DNA of 63,927 nt, the filler included, from Octopus bimaculoides (taxonomy: Eukaryota), in assembly GCF_001194135.2 (NCBI RefSeq). It is 7 parts of 7 records of this genome, joined end to end, with 100 filler letters (N's around TTAATTAATTAA, not from the genome) between each part and the next. Parts side by side here need not be neighbours in the genome. Positions count along the whole stretch, not along the records: positions 43,120 to 56,336 come from NC_068981.1; positions 56,437 to 61,356 come from NW_026370805.1; positions 61,457 to 62,465 come from NC_068991.1; positions 62,566 to 63,927 come from NW_026304364.1; 3 more parts are not named here. One strand, given 5' to 3'. The notes under the pieces were generated by a model that saw only the letters and a program-made list of their open reading frames with translations, did not search any database and was not told the origin of the DNA. Below are positions 53,113 to 63,927 of the stretch, piece after piece (positions within the stretch are counted from its first letter, which is position 1; each line of letters opens with the position of its first letter). The translations under genes and the position numbers were made by a program.

Positions 53113-53304
53113 CATTGTTTCCCAACCATTTTTCTGGTGCCCCACTTTCCAATAACAAATTTTTCGATACCCCACTTTTTAATAATAAATTTTCTAGCAC
53201 CCTACTTTTAATGATAAAATATCTGGTGCCCATCAACATTTTTTTTTTAGTGTAGAAACACGATTTTTAATTCAATTACTTGGCTGACAGATACCTCAAC
53301 TCAT
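53113..53304 (-). mobile_element. 3' terminal region of the hAT element (TIR CATTGTTTCCCAACCATTTT plus subterminal repeats)
   Basis: Charlie/Buster-like terminus. The flanking 8-mer CTCTAGGT has a central TA. Repeated CCCCACTTT..AATAA.AAATTT subterminal motif. Confidence 0.75.
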
Positions 53305-54604
53305 TTAGTGAGAACCCTGTGCCTGGTGCATATGGCACAGATCCTTGATTTGAGGAGACAATATCATTAACTTCAGCCACAAATCGCCATGTTTTGCAAT
53401 TTCAAGTCGGTTTCTCTTGGTTTCCAGCAAATTATCAACTGCACTGACTTCACATTTGACCAAATAAGACAAAAGAAAATGAATCAACAGTTCACTTGCT
53501 GATGTAGAAATGCTGGAGTATTTTCTTTCAACCTTGTCACATAACCACATATTTGTACCTTTCAGTTTAGACAAAGTCTTCACTGATTCATCATGTTGCA
53601 ATTCTAATAACTCTTCTTGGTATTGAACTGCAGTATCAGAAATGTCAATCAGCAGTAGTTGAGATAACCAAGAGGGAAAATTCATTGCCTTCAAATCACA
53701 AAATCTGTCATCGAAGTCCTTTATTAAGATAATTCAAATGGTCAATAATTACGGTGGCAACATCATTCGTTATCTCACATTTACTCAACTGGTATAACTG
53801 ACTGAAATTTCTTTTGGAAACATTTTTTTGGCATATTTCAAGGGCTGTGATGAATTCAAAAGTCTTTGCTTTCACATCAACGAGCATCATGGTTGCACCT
53901 TGGAGTTGTTTATTCAAATTTCCAAGTTTCTCAAAGATATCTGTCAAATAACTGACAAATGCTTTTCCATCCATTGTTGACAGCATTTTCATTTCACATT
54001 TATTACCCAGAAAGTCGTTAAGCTGATCAAATAATTCCATAAACCTTTTTAAGCTATTTCCACTTGATAGCCACCTTACTTCTGTATGAAGCAATAATCA
54101 AACATGCTTGGCACTTTAATTTACAGAAAACCGCTTAAAAAGACGTTCAGATTTGGGATTTGCTTTAATGCTATTGACACACTTGATAACAGCTTGTAGA
54201 ATCTTGTTAAGAACAGGGGACAGTTTCTTGGCAACCAAGTTTTCTTGGTGTATGACACAATAGACAATCAACATGTTTGGATTTTCATCCTTCATCATTT
54301 TTAAGCATCCCCTTCTCTTGCCCATCATAGCAGATGCACCGTCTGCTGTGCATCACAGTAAGTCTTCTTTTGGTATTTTGTTTGCATCCAAATAATGTTT
54401 ACGTTTGCTGTGGATATCCTTTGTGGTTGTGGTTGTTTCCAATGATTTGCAAAACAACATCTCTTCCTGAAAAGCCTCATGCTCAATATACCTCACATAA
54501 GTCAATAACAGAACCTCACTGCCCTGAAATGTGGATTCATCCATTTGTAATGAGAATTTTCGTGATTTTAATGTCTCAATAGGCTGGTTTTCAACATCTT
54601 CCAT
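53305..54604 (-). pseudogene. Decayed hAT transposase (Buster/Charlie/SPIN-like; related to ZBED8/SCAND3-type proteins)
   Basis: Four consecutive ORF pieces: FSLQMDEST (first D), DGASAMMG (second D), YCVIHQENL (CxxH), HTEVRWLS, YLTDIFEKLGNLNKQLQG, and a C-terminal dimerisation region ending HQAQGSH*. Confidence 0.95.
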
Positions 54605-56090
54605 TTCATGAAAATGAAAGCTGTTGTCTTTAAGGAAATGGATTCTATGAAAAAGAAAGAGAGGAATTGAACCCCAGCAATTGATGGTACTTTATTTTAC
54701 CAACAGTAGAAGAATTAATGGGAGAGTTGGCCTCAGAAAAATTTGAGCACATAATGTAAAGAGCTGGAGAAAATACTGCATACTACTTTGCCGATGCTTT
54801 AATAATTCTGCCAACTGACTACCCTAGTTGCAAGCTAGACAAGAATGAAATAAAATAATAATAAGACAACAATATAGTTTTTATTGCAAAAGCAAAAGAA
54901 TAAAAAGAATGGAAATTCAAAATTACATTAAAACAATTATGAGACAGGGTTGAATATAATAAAATACAGCTGAAAATTTTGATGTTTTTACCAAAATACT
55001 CTAAAGTGAGTATTAAATTTTCCCTGAATTAATAGCAAGCAAGTAATAATAAAATAAGAAAATAAGAAATTTTGAAATATATAAAGCTGAATATATGAAG
55101 TTATATATAAAGCTGAAATAGTGCAAATGAGAACAAAGAAAGATTAATAGAAGCGTAACAGAATGAATTGAGAACCAAAGATATAAAAGATCAAGCAAGA
55201 AAGGCAAAATAGCACGTTACAGAAATACCACAGCAAGCATATATACTGCTGCTCATGCCAAAAGTGAGAATACATTTAAAATATGAGTAAAGTTTTTTTT
55301 ATTTTGTAGAAAAACTGCTACAGGGACCAACTTTTGATGTAGCCCTATGTATATTTGAGTGAGATGAATTAATACCGTCATTTATAAATAACTTTCATAT
55401 CAAAGTATGATTTTTAAGTATATGCATCTGTGAAAAATCCTCACATCATTTTTTTCTAGCTTTGTGAAAAAATCAAAATCAATAAGAACTATGGAAATAT
55501 CAAAATTCTAGATTTTTCTATGGATCTCACTATTATTTTTGCATAATTCAGTCACTAAAAATAAAACTTTATAAATTGTATATGGAAAATAAAAATGAGT
55601 TTTTGTCATTAAATATTAAAATTTGGTAGGTAACGGGAAACACTTTAAAAATTTGTATACCACGTTATGTGTTTGATCTCCCTGAAGTACTGGGTAGGTT
55701 CAGATATTCTAAATATACATAAACATAAATTGCATAAGTATGTGCATGTGTTGACTCACATCCATACATATACACATATGTATGCACACATACATATGTA
55801 TACATATGTATACATACATATGTATACATATACATACACACACTCACACATACTCACACATATACACACATACATATATGTATTTATGTATGTATTATAA
55901 TACAGTAGATAAATACTACTAGTTTTACCTTTACTTTAAGTTCCATGTAAAATAGATGTGATCTGAATGAAAGATTTTTGTCTCCTGAAATACATACTTG
56001 CATACATGCATGCATACATACATACATGCATACATACATACATACATGCATGCATACATACATACATACATACATACGTGCATATGTAGA

Positions 56091-56240
56091 TGCAGGTATG
56101 GCTGTGTGGTTAAGAAGTTCACTTTGGAAGCATGTGGCATGGATGCAGCTGGCTTGTGTTCTGTACACTAGCCATGAGTTGACCAATACCATGTGAGTGA
56201 AACTTGGTAAATAGAAATTGAAGAAGTCCGTTGTATATTC
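56091..56240 (+). mobile_element. SINE family A 5' half, diverged
   Basis: GGTATGGCTGTGTGGTTAAGAAG...GGTAAATAGAAATTGAAGAAGTCCG. Confidence 0.75.
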
Positions 56241-56286
56241 ATATATGTGTGTGTGTATGTGTATGTATGCACACGTGCACATGTGC

Positions 56287-56336
<50 letters not shown>

Positions 56337-56437
56337 NNNNNNNNNNNNNNNNNNNNNNNNNNNNNNNNNNNNNNNNNNNNTTAATTAATTAANNNNNNNN
56401 NNNNNNNNNNNNNNNNNNNNNNNNNNNNNNNNNNNNT

Positions 56438-56777
56438 TGACTGTGGCCATGCTGGAGCACCGCCTTTAGTCGAGCAAATCGACCCCAGGATTTATTCTTT
56501 GTAAGCCTAGTACTTATTCTATTGGTGTATTTTGCTGAACTGCTAAGTTACGGGGACGTAAACACAACAGCATCGGTTGTCAAGCGATGTTGGGGGGGAC
56601 AAACACAGACACACACACACATACATATATATGTATATATACATATATACGACGGGCTTCTTTCAGTTTCCGTCTACCAAATCCACTCACAAGGCTTTGG
56701 TCGGCCCGAGGCTATAGTAGAAGACACTTGCCCGAGGTGCCACGCAGTGGGACTGAACCCGGAACCATGTGGTTGGT
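56438..56777 (-). mobile_element. SINE family A, young near full-length copy
   Basis: CpGs retained; very close to the reference copy. Confidence 0.92.
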
Positions 56778-57084
56778 GATAGTTTTGAGTAGAAAAATAA
56801 ATAACTTAGATGTCAACAGCAGAGGAACTATCAAACTCAGACTAAACGAGTTCATTAAAATTGATTACGATATCTTGTGTCAGAAACACTAGCTGAATGG
56901 ACTAAAAATGAATGACTTTAGGAAAAATGATTTTGATATCTTGTGTTTATCTTTGTTTACTAAAATAAATTCTAAATTTTATCTTTTGTTTGCTAAAATA
57001 AATTTTAAAGTGTAAACAGACTATTTTGTCTTTTCATTCAGTATTTTAGTATGCAAAATAAAACAGCATAGAGTAAAAGTAGAA

Positions 57085-57149
57085 GTGGTCCCTAGAAATT
57101 TTTTCAAGTAAAAAATGGTCCCTGGGCTGAAAATGGTTGGGAACCACTG
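57085..57149 (-). mobile_element. hAT terminal inverted repeat (reverse complement CAGTGGTTCCCAACCATTTT)
   Basis: AAAATGGTTGGGAACCACTG ends at 57149 and is followed by TACTAGAC (central TA). GGTCCC subterminal repeats. Confidence 0.75.
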
Positions 57150-58210
57150 TACTAGACTAACCATGACCGTTGGTTCACTTGGGAAGTCTGAGTTTCCCAG
57201 CAACAGAGTTTTGTNNNNNNNNNNNNNNNNNNNNNNNNNNNNNNNNNNNNNNNNNNNNNNNNNNNNNNNNNNNNNNNNNNNNNNNNNNNNNNNNNNNNNN
57301 NNNNNNNNNNNNNNNNNNNNNNNNNNNNNNNNNNNNNNNNNNNNNNNNNNNNNNNNNNNNNNNNNNNNNNNNNNNNNNNNNNNNNNNNNNNNNNNNNNNN
57401 NNNNNNNNNNNNNNNNNNNNNNNNNNNNNNNNNNNNNNNNNNNNNNNNNNNNNNNNNNNNNNNNNNNNNNNNNNNNNNNNNNNNNNNNNNNNNNNNNNNN
57501 NNNNNNNNNNNNNNNNNNNNNNNNNNNNNNNNNNNNNNNNNNNNNNNNNNNNNNNNNNNNNNNNNNNNNNNNNNNNNNNNNNNNNNNNNNNNNNNNNNNN
57601 NNNNNNNNNNNNNNNNNNNNNNNNNNNNNNNNNNNNNNNNNNNNNNNNNNNNNNNNNNNNNNNNNNNNNNNNNNNNNNNNNNNNNNNNNNNNNNNNNNNN
57701 NNNNNNNNNNNNNNNNNNNNNNNNNNNNNNNNNNNNNNNNNNNNNNNNNNNNNNNNNNNNNNNNNNNNNNNNNNNNNNNNNNNNNNNNNNNNNNNNNNNN
57801 NNNNNNNNNNNNNNNNNNNNNNNNNNNNNNNNNNNNNNNNNNNNNNNNNNNNNNNNNNNNNNNNNNNNNNNNNNNNNNNNNNNNNNNNNNNNNNNNNNNN
57901 NNNNNNNNNNNNNNNNNNNNNNNNNNNNNNNNNNNNNNNNNNNNNNNNNNNNNNNNNNNNNNNNNNNNNNNNNNNNNNNNNNNNNNNNNNNNNNNNNNNN
58001 NNNNNNNNNNNNNNNNNNNNNNNNNNNNNNNNNNNNNNNNNNNNNNNNNNNNNNNNNNNNNNNNNNNNNNNNNNNNNNNNNNNNNNNNNNNNNNNNNNNN
58101 NNNNNNNNNNNNNNNNNNNNNNNNNNNNNNTAATAAATAGAGATATGCAAAAAAAAACAAAAAAAAATCTTGGGCACAGGCGAACATCGCTAGAGTTTTA
58201 GTATCATTAA

Positions 58211-58380
58211 CCCATTAAGTCCCAGAGTACCTAAATTTCTGAATACCAACCACATGGTTCTGGGTTCAGTCCCACTGCGTGCCATCTTGGGCAAATGTCT
58301 TCTACTATAGCCTCGGGTCGACCAAAGCCTTGTGAGTGGATTTGGTAGATGAAAACTGAAAGAAGCCTGTCGTATATATG

Positions 58381-58411
<31 letters not shown>

Positions 58412-58639
58412 GTGTGTATATGTTTGTGTGTCTGTATTTGTCCCCACAACATCTTTTAAATTTTTACAGATGATTGAAAATAGGTTAAAATGAAAAAAAA
58501 ATAATTATCAAAACTCCTTTATCTCAAGTAGAAATGGAAATACTCAGTGTCCTAAAAATAGGACACTGAGACAATGTGATATAGCTTATTTAATGTTCTC
58601 ATTTAGTGTCCTATTTATAGGACAGTGAGACTTAATGGG
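58211..58639. mobile_element. piggyBac-type MITE (MER85-like architecture) with a nested SINE
   Basis: Ends are TTAA|CCCATTAAGTCCCA and TGAGACTTAATGGG|TTGA (14-bp TIR, 1 mismatch; right TTAA changed to TTGA). Internal palindromes CTCAGTGTCCTA-AAAA-TAGGACACTGAG (58543-58570) and TGTCCTAT-TT-ATAGGACA. Confidence 0.75.
58246..58453 (+). mobile_element. SINE family A 5' half nested in the piggyBac MITE
   Basis: CCAACCACATGGTTCTGGGTTCAGTCCC...TTGTCCCCACAACATC, located between the MITE TIRs. Confidence 0.88.
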
Positions 58640-58935
58640 TTGAGACAAGAGAGCATACATACATACATACATACATATATACACACACACTCATTCATAT
58701 GGTAATGCACTACATTACAATACACTGCATGGAGAGCTGGAGAAGGTCATTTCTGGCATTTATGTACAGTGATTTAAAAAAATTTACGGAGATGTACTTG
58801 CATAGCAAGTGACTTGATCTGAGATCATGCGCTGAAACAAAAAAACAATTGTAGCGTGGAAGATGTTTGTAAACCATTCAAGGATACGCAAATGCGGTTA
58901 GTTTCACTTCAACATTAAAACTTCATTTGTGTCAA

Positions 58936-59443
58936 AGGCCCAGGAAGACCTGGGCTGAGGTGGTGAGGCAAGACCTTCGTACATTGGGCCTCACCGAGGC
59001 GATGACTACTGACCGAGACCTTTGAAAATGTGCTGTGCGTGAGAAGACCCGGCAAGCCAAGTAAGATCGTTGCCAGTGCCCCTGGACTGGCTCTTGTGCG
59101 GGTGGCACATGAGATGCACCATTTTGAGCGTGGCCGTTGCCAGTACCGCCTGACTGGCTCCCGTAGGATTTTCGAGTGAGATCGTTGCCAGTGTCCCTGG
59201 ACTGGCTTGTGCGGGTGGCACATAAAAGACACCATTTCGAGCGTGGCCGTTTTCGTGTGGGTGACACGTAAAAGCACCCACTACACTCTGAGTGGTTGGC
59301 GTTAGGAAGGGCATCCAGCTGTAGAAACTCTGCCAAATTAGATTGGAGCCTGGTGTAGCCATCCGGTTTCACCAGTCCTCAGTCAAATCGTCCAACCCAT
59401 GCTAGCATGGAAAGCGGACGTTAAACGATGATGATGATGATGA
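58936..59443 (+). mobile_element. 5'-truncated RTE-clade LINE: C-terminus, 3' UTR and (GAT)n tail
   Basis: RPRKTWAEVVRQDLRTLGLTEAMTTDRDL*KCAVREKTRQAK* (58936-59064). The 3' UTR has an internal ~45-bp duplication and ends GGACGTTAAACGATGATGATGATGA. Confidence 0.88.
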
Positions 59444-59819
59444 AACTGCAAACAATTCAACGACAAAACTTCCACAAGAGTGACGCGGGTACTAAGTTTT
59501 CTCAGTAAACAGCACACGCGTACACACATTCATAGCCTTTCATTTGTGGGTATGCATATCTACGTGTACGCAGGTGTGTATTGGGATGTTTTTTTTTTTT
59601 GTATGTATGCCTCCACGGAGTTTTAATTAAAACTCGTTTTGGTAGACTCCATCTACCTTACAAAAAGACATTGACCTACTAACCTCCAAGCTAAGCACTT
59701 TTATTTTGTAACTCTATCTCACTTCACCAGTTTTCAATGTGTGTATGCAAATATCTATGTATTTATGTGCGTGTATGAATGACTGTCGGCGTTTATGTAT
59801 TTATGTTGTATGTAACTTT

Positions 59820-60165
59820 TATTTCCGACTTGGCTCAATCATTGGAATGTGACTATACTGGGACACCGCCTTGAACAATATTTAGCTGAATGAATCAACC
59901 CCATTTTTTTCTGAAGCCCAGTACCTATTTCATTGGCTTCGTTACAGGGATGTAAACATACAAACAATGGTTGTCAACCAGTGATAGGGGACAAACATAC
60001 ACACATAAGTGCAGTAGTGGCTGTGTGGTAAGTAGCTTGCTTACCAACCACATGGTTCTGGGTTCAGTCCCACTGCGTGACACCTTGGGCAAGTGTCTTC
60101 TACTATAGCCTCGGGCTGACCAAAGCCTTGGGAGAGGATTTGGTATTCGGAAACTGGATGAAGCT

Positions 60166-60213
<48 letters not shown>

Positions 60214-60817
60214 TTTCCCGAGCGTCCAATAACACTATCCGTATCACGTCCTCACTTTGTTGTTTTNNNNNNNNNNNNNNNNNNNNNNNNNNNNNNNNNN
60301 NNNNNNNNNNNNNNNNNNNNNNNNNNNNNNNNNNNNNNNNNNNNNNNNNNNNNNNNNNNNNNNNNNNNNNNNNNNNNNNNNNNNNNNNNNNNNNNNNNNN
60401 NNNNNNNNNNNNNNNNNNNNNNNNNNNNNNNNNNNNNNNNNNNNNNNNNNNNNNNNNNNNNNNNNNNNNNNNNNNNNNNNNNNNNNNNNNNNNNNNNNNN
60501 NNNNNNNNNNNNNNNNNNNNNNNNNNNNNNNNNNNNNNNNNNNNNNNNNNNNNNNNNNNNNNNNNNNNNNNNNNNNNNNNNNNNNNNNNNNNNNNNNNNN
60601 NNNNNNNNNNNNNNNNNNNNNNNNNNNNNNNNNNNNNNNNNNNNNNNNNNNNNNNNNNNNNNNNNNNNNNNNNNNNNNNNNNNNNNNNNNNNNNNNNNNN
60701 NNNNNNNNNNNNNNNNNNNNNNNNNNNNNNNNNNNNNNNNNNNNNNNNNNNNNNNNNNNNNNNNNNNNNNNNNNNNNNNNNNNNNNNNNNNNNNNNNNNN
60801 NNNNNNNNNNNNNNNNN

Positions 60818-60902
<85 letters not shown>

Positions 60903-60946
60903 TGTGTTTGTTCCCCCTACCATTGCTTGACAACTGATGCTGGTGA
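59820..60946. mobile_element. Two abutting family A copies: 3' half minus (59820-60000) and a plus copy (60010-60170, continuing 60895-60946 across a gap)
   Basis: Similarity to the reference copy in both orientations. Confidence 0.75.
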
Positions 60947-63059
60947 ATAAATAATACTAAAAAACACAAAAAACTCTTCCAACTGTCTGTTCTGATATAT
61001 AACAACTGCGAAAACAATATTTCCAGAATTATGTAACTCACATAAAAAAAAAAAAAACTAATACATACTTCACATAAAAAAATCTAAAAAAAAACAACCA
61101 CATACTGGATTGTAAAACTTGAATAAGCAGACGCACTTTAAGAGGACACAAGCTTGGAATGTAACCCTGCCTACATAATTATATAAATAGAAACATATTG
61201 GGTTGGTCATCTCCTACCAATTAAACAGAGGCACTATCCATAAGTACATACGTGCATACTTGTATACATACATATATATATATATACATACATAGATGCG
61301 TATAGACATGCACACATGCATACGCATGTACACAGATGCATACACACACACACATANNNNNNNNNNNNNNNNNNNNNNNNNNNNNNNNNNNNNNNNNNNN
61401 TTAATTAATTAANNNNNNNNNNNNNNNNNNNNNNNNNNNNNNNNNNNNNNNNNNNNTATATACATATATATGTGTGTGTGTATATATGTATATATATGCA
61501 ATGATACCTCATTGAAATGAAAGATACCTACATTAGATTTATATGTCTTTACATGCTTCTTATTTGTAATGTACTTCTTACAATGTTGTTCTTTTTCTTC
61601 TTCCTAGCTTCTCTTTCACGTCTAATGGCGGCTAACAAACATATTTCTCTGTATTATTTTCTCTAATCACGTCTGTTAGTTTTATAAACATTTACGTTTA
61701 AACTTTTCAAATGATATAAGTCTTTTCCTTATTTACTCCTTCGCTTTCTTGATTTTACCTCCTTTTGAGGAATTATTATTGTTTGTTTTGTTTTTTTCAT
61801 GTGTTTGTTTCTTTGTTTTACACGTAACTTCTGTGTCTCTGTTCTTCGCTTTTACTGTTTGTTATTTGTTTTAGATTCTTTTTTTTATTCTTATATCTTT
61901 GTCTTTCATATTTTCCCTTCAAATTTCTATCACTTACGTCTTTCTTTCTGTTGTCTTTACATGTGTTACTTGTTGTTGTTGTTGTTGTTGTTCTTCTTCT
62001 TCTTGTAACCGTTGTCAGTCTCTTGCAATGTGAATTTATTTATAAATTTGTGCAATTTTGACGCGTGCATTATTTTTAACCAACGAACATACAAATCTCA
62101 CACACACAAACACATACATATAAAAATAAACCTACGCAGTGAATCACAAACAGACAAACACACACACACATATGTATATATATACATATACATTGGTATA
62201 TATATACATGTGTATGCATATATATATGTATGCATTTACATCCATGCATATATACATACAGTTACACATACATGCATATATTCATATTCTTACATACATA
62301 TATATACTCATACATACACGCAAGCACGGCATGTAAGGATTGATACGTATATACATACATATATATTTATGTATGTGTGTGTTTCTATATATAATTATAC
62401 ATATATATATATATATGTTTGTATGTGTGTGTGTCTCCATATATATATATATATATATATATATANNNNNNNNNNNNNNNNNNNNNNNNNNNNNNNNNNN
62501 NNNNNNNNNTTAATTAATTAANNNNNNNNNNNNNNNNNNNNNNNNNNNNNNNNNNNNNNNNNNNNAAAAAAAAAAAAAAAAAAAAAAAAAAGACACAGCG
62601 TACCGGTATAGAAACCGAAGTAGCGACCTTGAGATCACGACCCCAGAAGACATATACGACGAAGCTACGCACTCTCAAATATCCTGAACATAAATTTTAG
62701 CATTTTGTGGAAAACAAAAGATAATTCCAGTGGATTTCGTGCCAAATTAAACAGAAGCGTAGACAAACTGTCTCCTCGGAATATTGTTTTTCGAAATGGT
62801 TTTTAACATCGGAGACAAAGGTTTTGCTTTCCGTTCCAAATCTAAAAAGCCGTTGTCCACGTTTTGCAGAGGGTTATTCAAGGGCAGCAACCGAGACAGG
62901 GAGGGGTTTTGCCAATTGCCGCGACCTCAGTTAGTCAAGATTTAGGGAAGAGACTCTGATGGGGAGGCATGGTGCAACAAGAGATCTGGAATAGTTTCTT
63001 CAGACAAATGAACGATGTTTTATATCATAGTAGTTCCGTATATTCTCACACACACACAT

Positions 63060-63175
63060 CGACTTTGCCTTTCATCCTTTCGGGGTGGAATTTGAACTCA
63101 GAACGTAACGGCAGACGAAATACCGCTAAGCATTTCGCCCGGCGCGATCATGATTCTGCCAGTACGCCGCCATCA
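63060..63175 (-). mobile_element. SINE family B head with an internal inversion
   Basis: The minus-strand head GGAATTTGAACTCAGAACG...GATTCTGCCAG is joined directly to a plus-oriented body segment CGACTTTGCCTTTCATCCTTTCGGGGT. Confidence 0.8.
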
Positions 63176-63234
63176 TCATCATCATCATCATCAACAACAC
63201 CAGTATCTGCCATCTTGCCACCTTTATATATATT

Positions 63235-63389
63235 GGAGCAGGCGTGGTTGTATGGTAAGAAGCATGTTTCCCAACCACATGGTTCAGGGTTCAGTCCGAC
63301 TGCGTGGAACCTTGGGCAAGTGTCTTCGACTGTATCCTCAGGCCAACCAGAACCATGTAAGTGGAGTTGGTTGACGGAAACCGAAAGAC
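63235..63389 (+). mobile_element. SINE family A 5' half
   Basis: GGAGCAGGCGTGGTTGTATGGTAAGAAGCATGTTTCCCAACCACATGG...GGTTGACGGAAACCGAAAG. Confidence 0.85.
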
Positions 63390-63481
63390 AATTATATATA
63401 TATATATATATAGGATGTATGCATATGTATGCGCACATATATTTGCACATGTACAAATATATACACAAATACATACATATG

Positions 63482-63531
<50 letters not shown>

Positions 63532-63927
63532 TCTACACATACATACATATTATATATGTACAGATACTACATAATCACCCACATATACTCATATCTATAT
63601 ATACATATATATATATACACACACATCTATATATATATATATATATATATATACATACACACACATATACACATACATAAACCCACCCACACACATATAT
63701 ATACTTAAACGCAGAGTCTATATTTACTTGTTTACGAAACCTCTCTATCAGTCAATTCTCAAGTCTCAAAAATAAACTTCTTAAATTCCGCTTAGCGTAT
63801 ATTTGAGACGCTGACGTCAGAGTTTTGTTGTTGTTATCGGTGGGGATGGGGAAGTTGGAGGGTTGGGGTGGGGGTGTCGATGGGAATGTTTAGCCCCGGG
63901 CCAGTTATGCTTCGCCGTTCCTCTGAT

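Noticed and set aside
62969-63574. 201-aa plus ORF
   Set aside because: It is a chimeric read-through of two SINEs and microsatellites.

Overview
A 64 kb AT-rich, gap-riddled eukaryotic window. The extreme microsatellite load and the tRNA-headed SINE families suggest a coleoid cephalopod, most likely Octopus (inference, no database search). I cannot confidently identify a host protein-coding gene; almost all ORF-track entries are microsatellite or N-gap artefacts. The recognisable content is transposable elements: about 15 copies of one tRNA-derived SINE (family A), two other SINE families, and relics of five non-LTR groups (RLE/R4-like, CR1-like, RTE, Penelope, Tx1/L1-like). There is also a decayed hAT (Buster/Charlie-type) transposase, several hAT ends, a MER85-like piggyBac MITE and a ~500 bp fold-back element. 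The most interesting object is a complete-looking ~2.15 kb retroelement (29765-31919, minus). It encodes only a gag-like zinc-knuckle ORF1, with no RT/endonuclease visible, and sits inside the tRNA-derived head of a SINE with a 6-bp duplication (AGCTAC). It is a candidate HAL1-like, possibly SINE-targeting element. Also notable: a Penelope relic with a minimal hammerhead ribozyme and a 150-nt hairpin, a ~12 kb CpG-depleted domain, and inverted SINE pairs that could form RNA-editing substrates.
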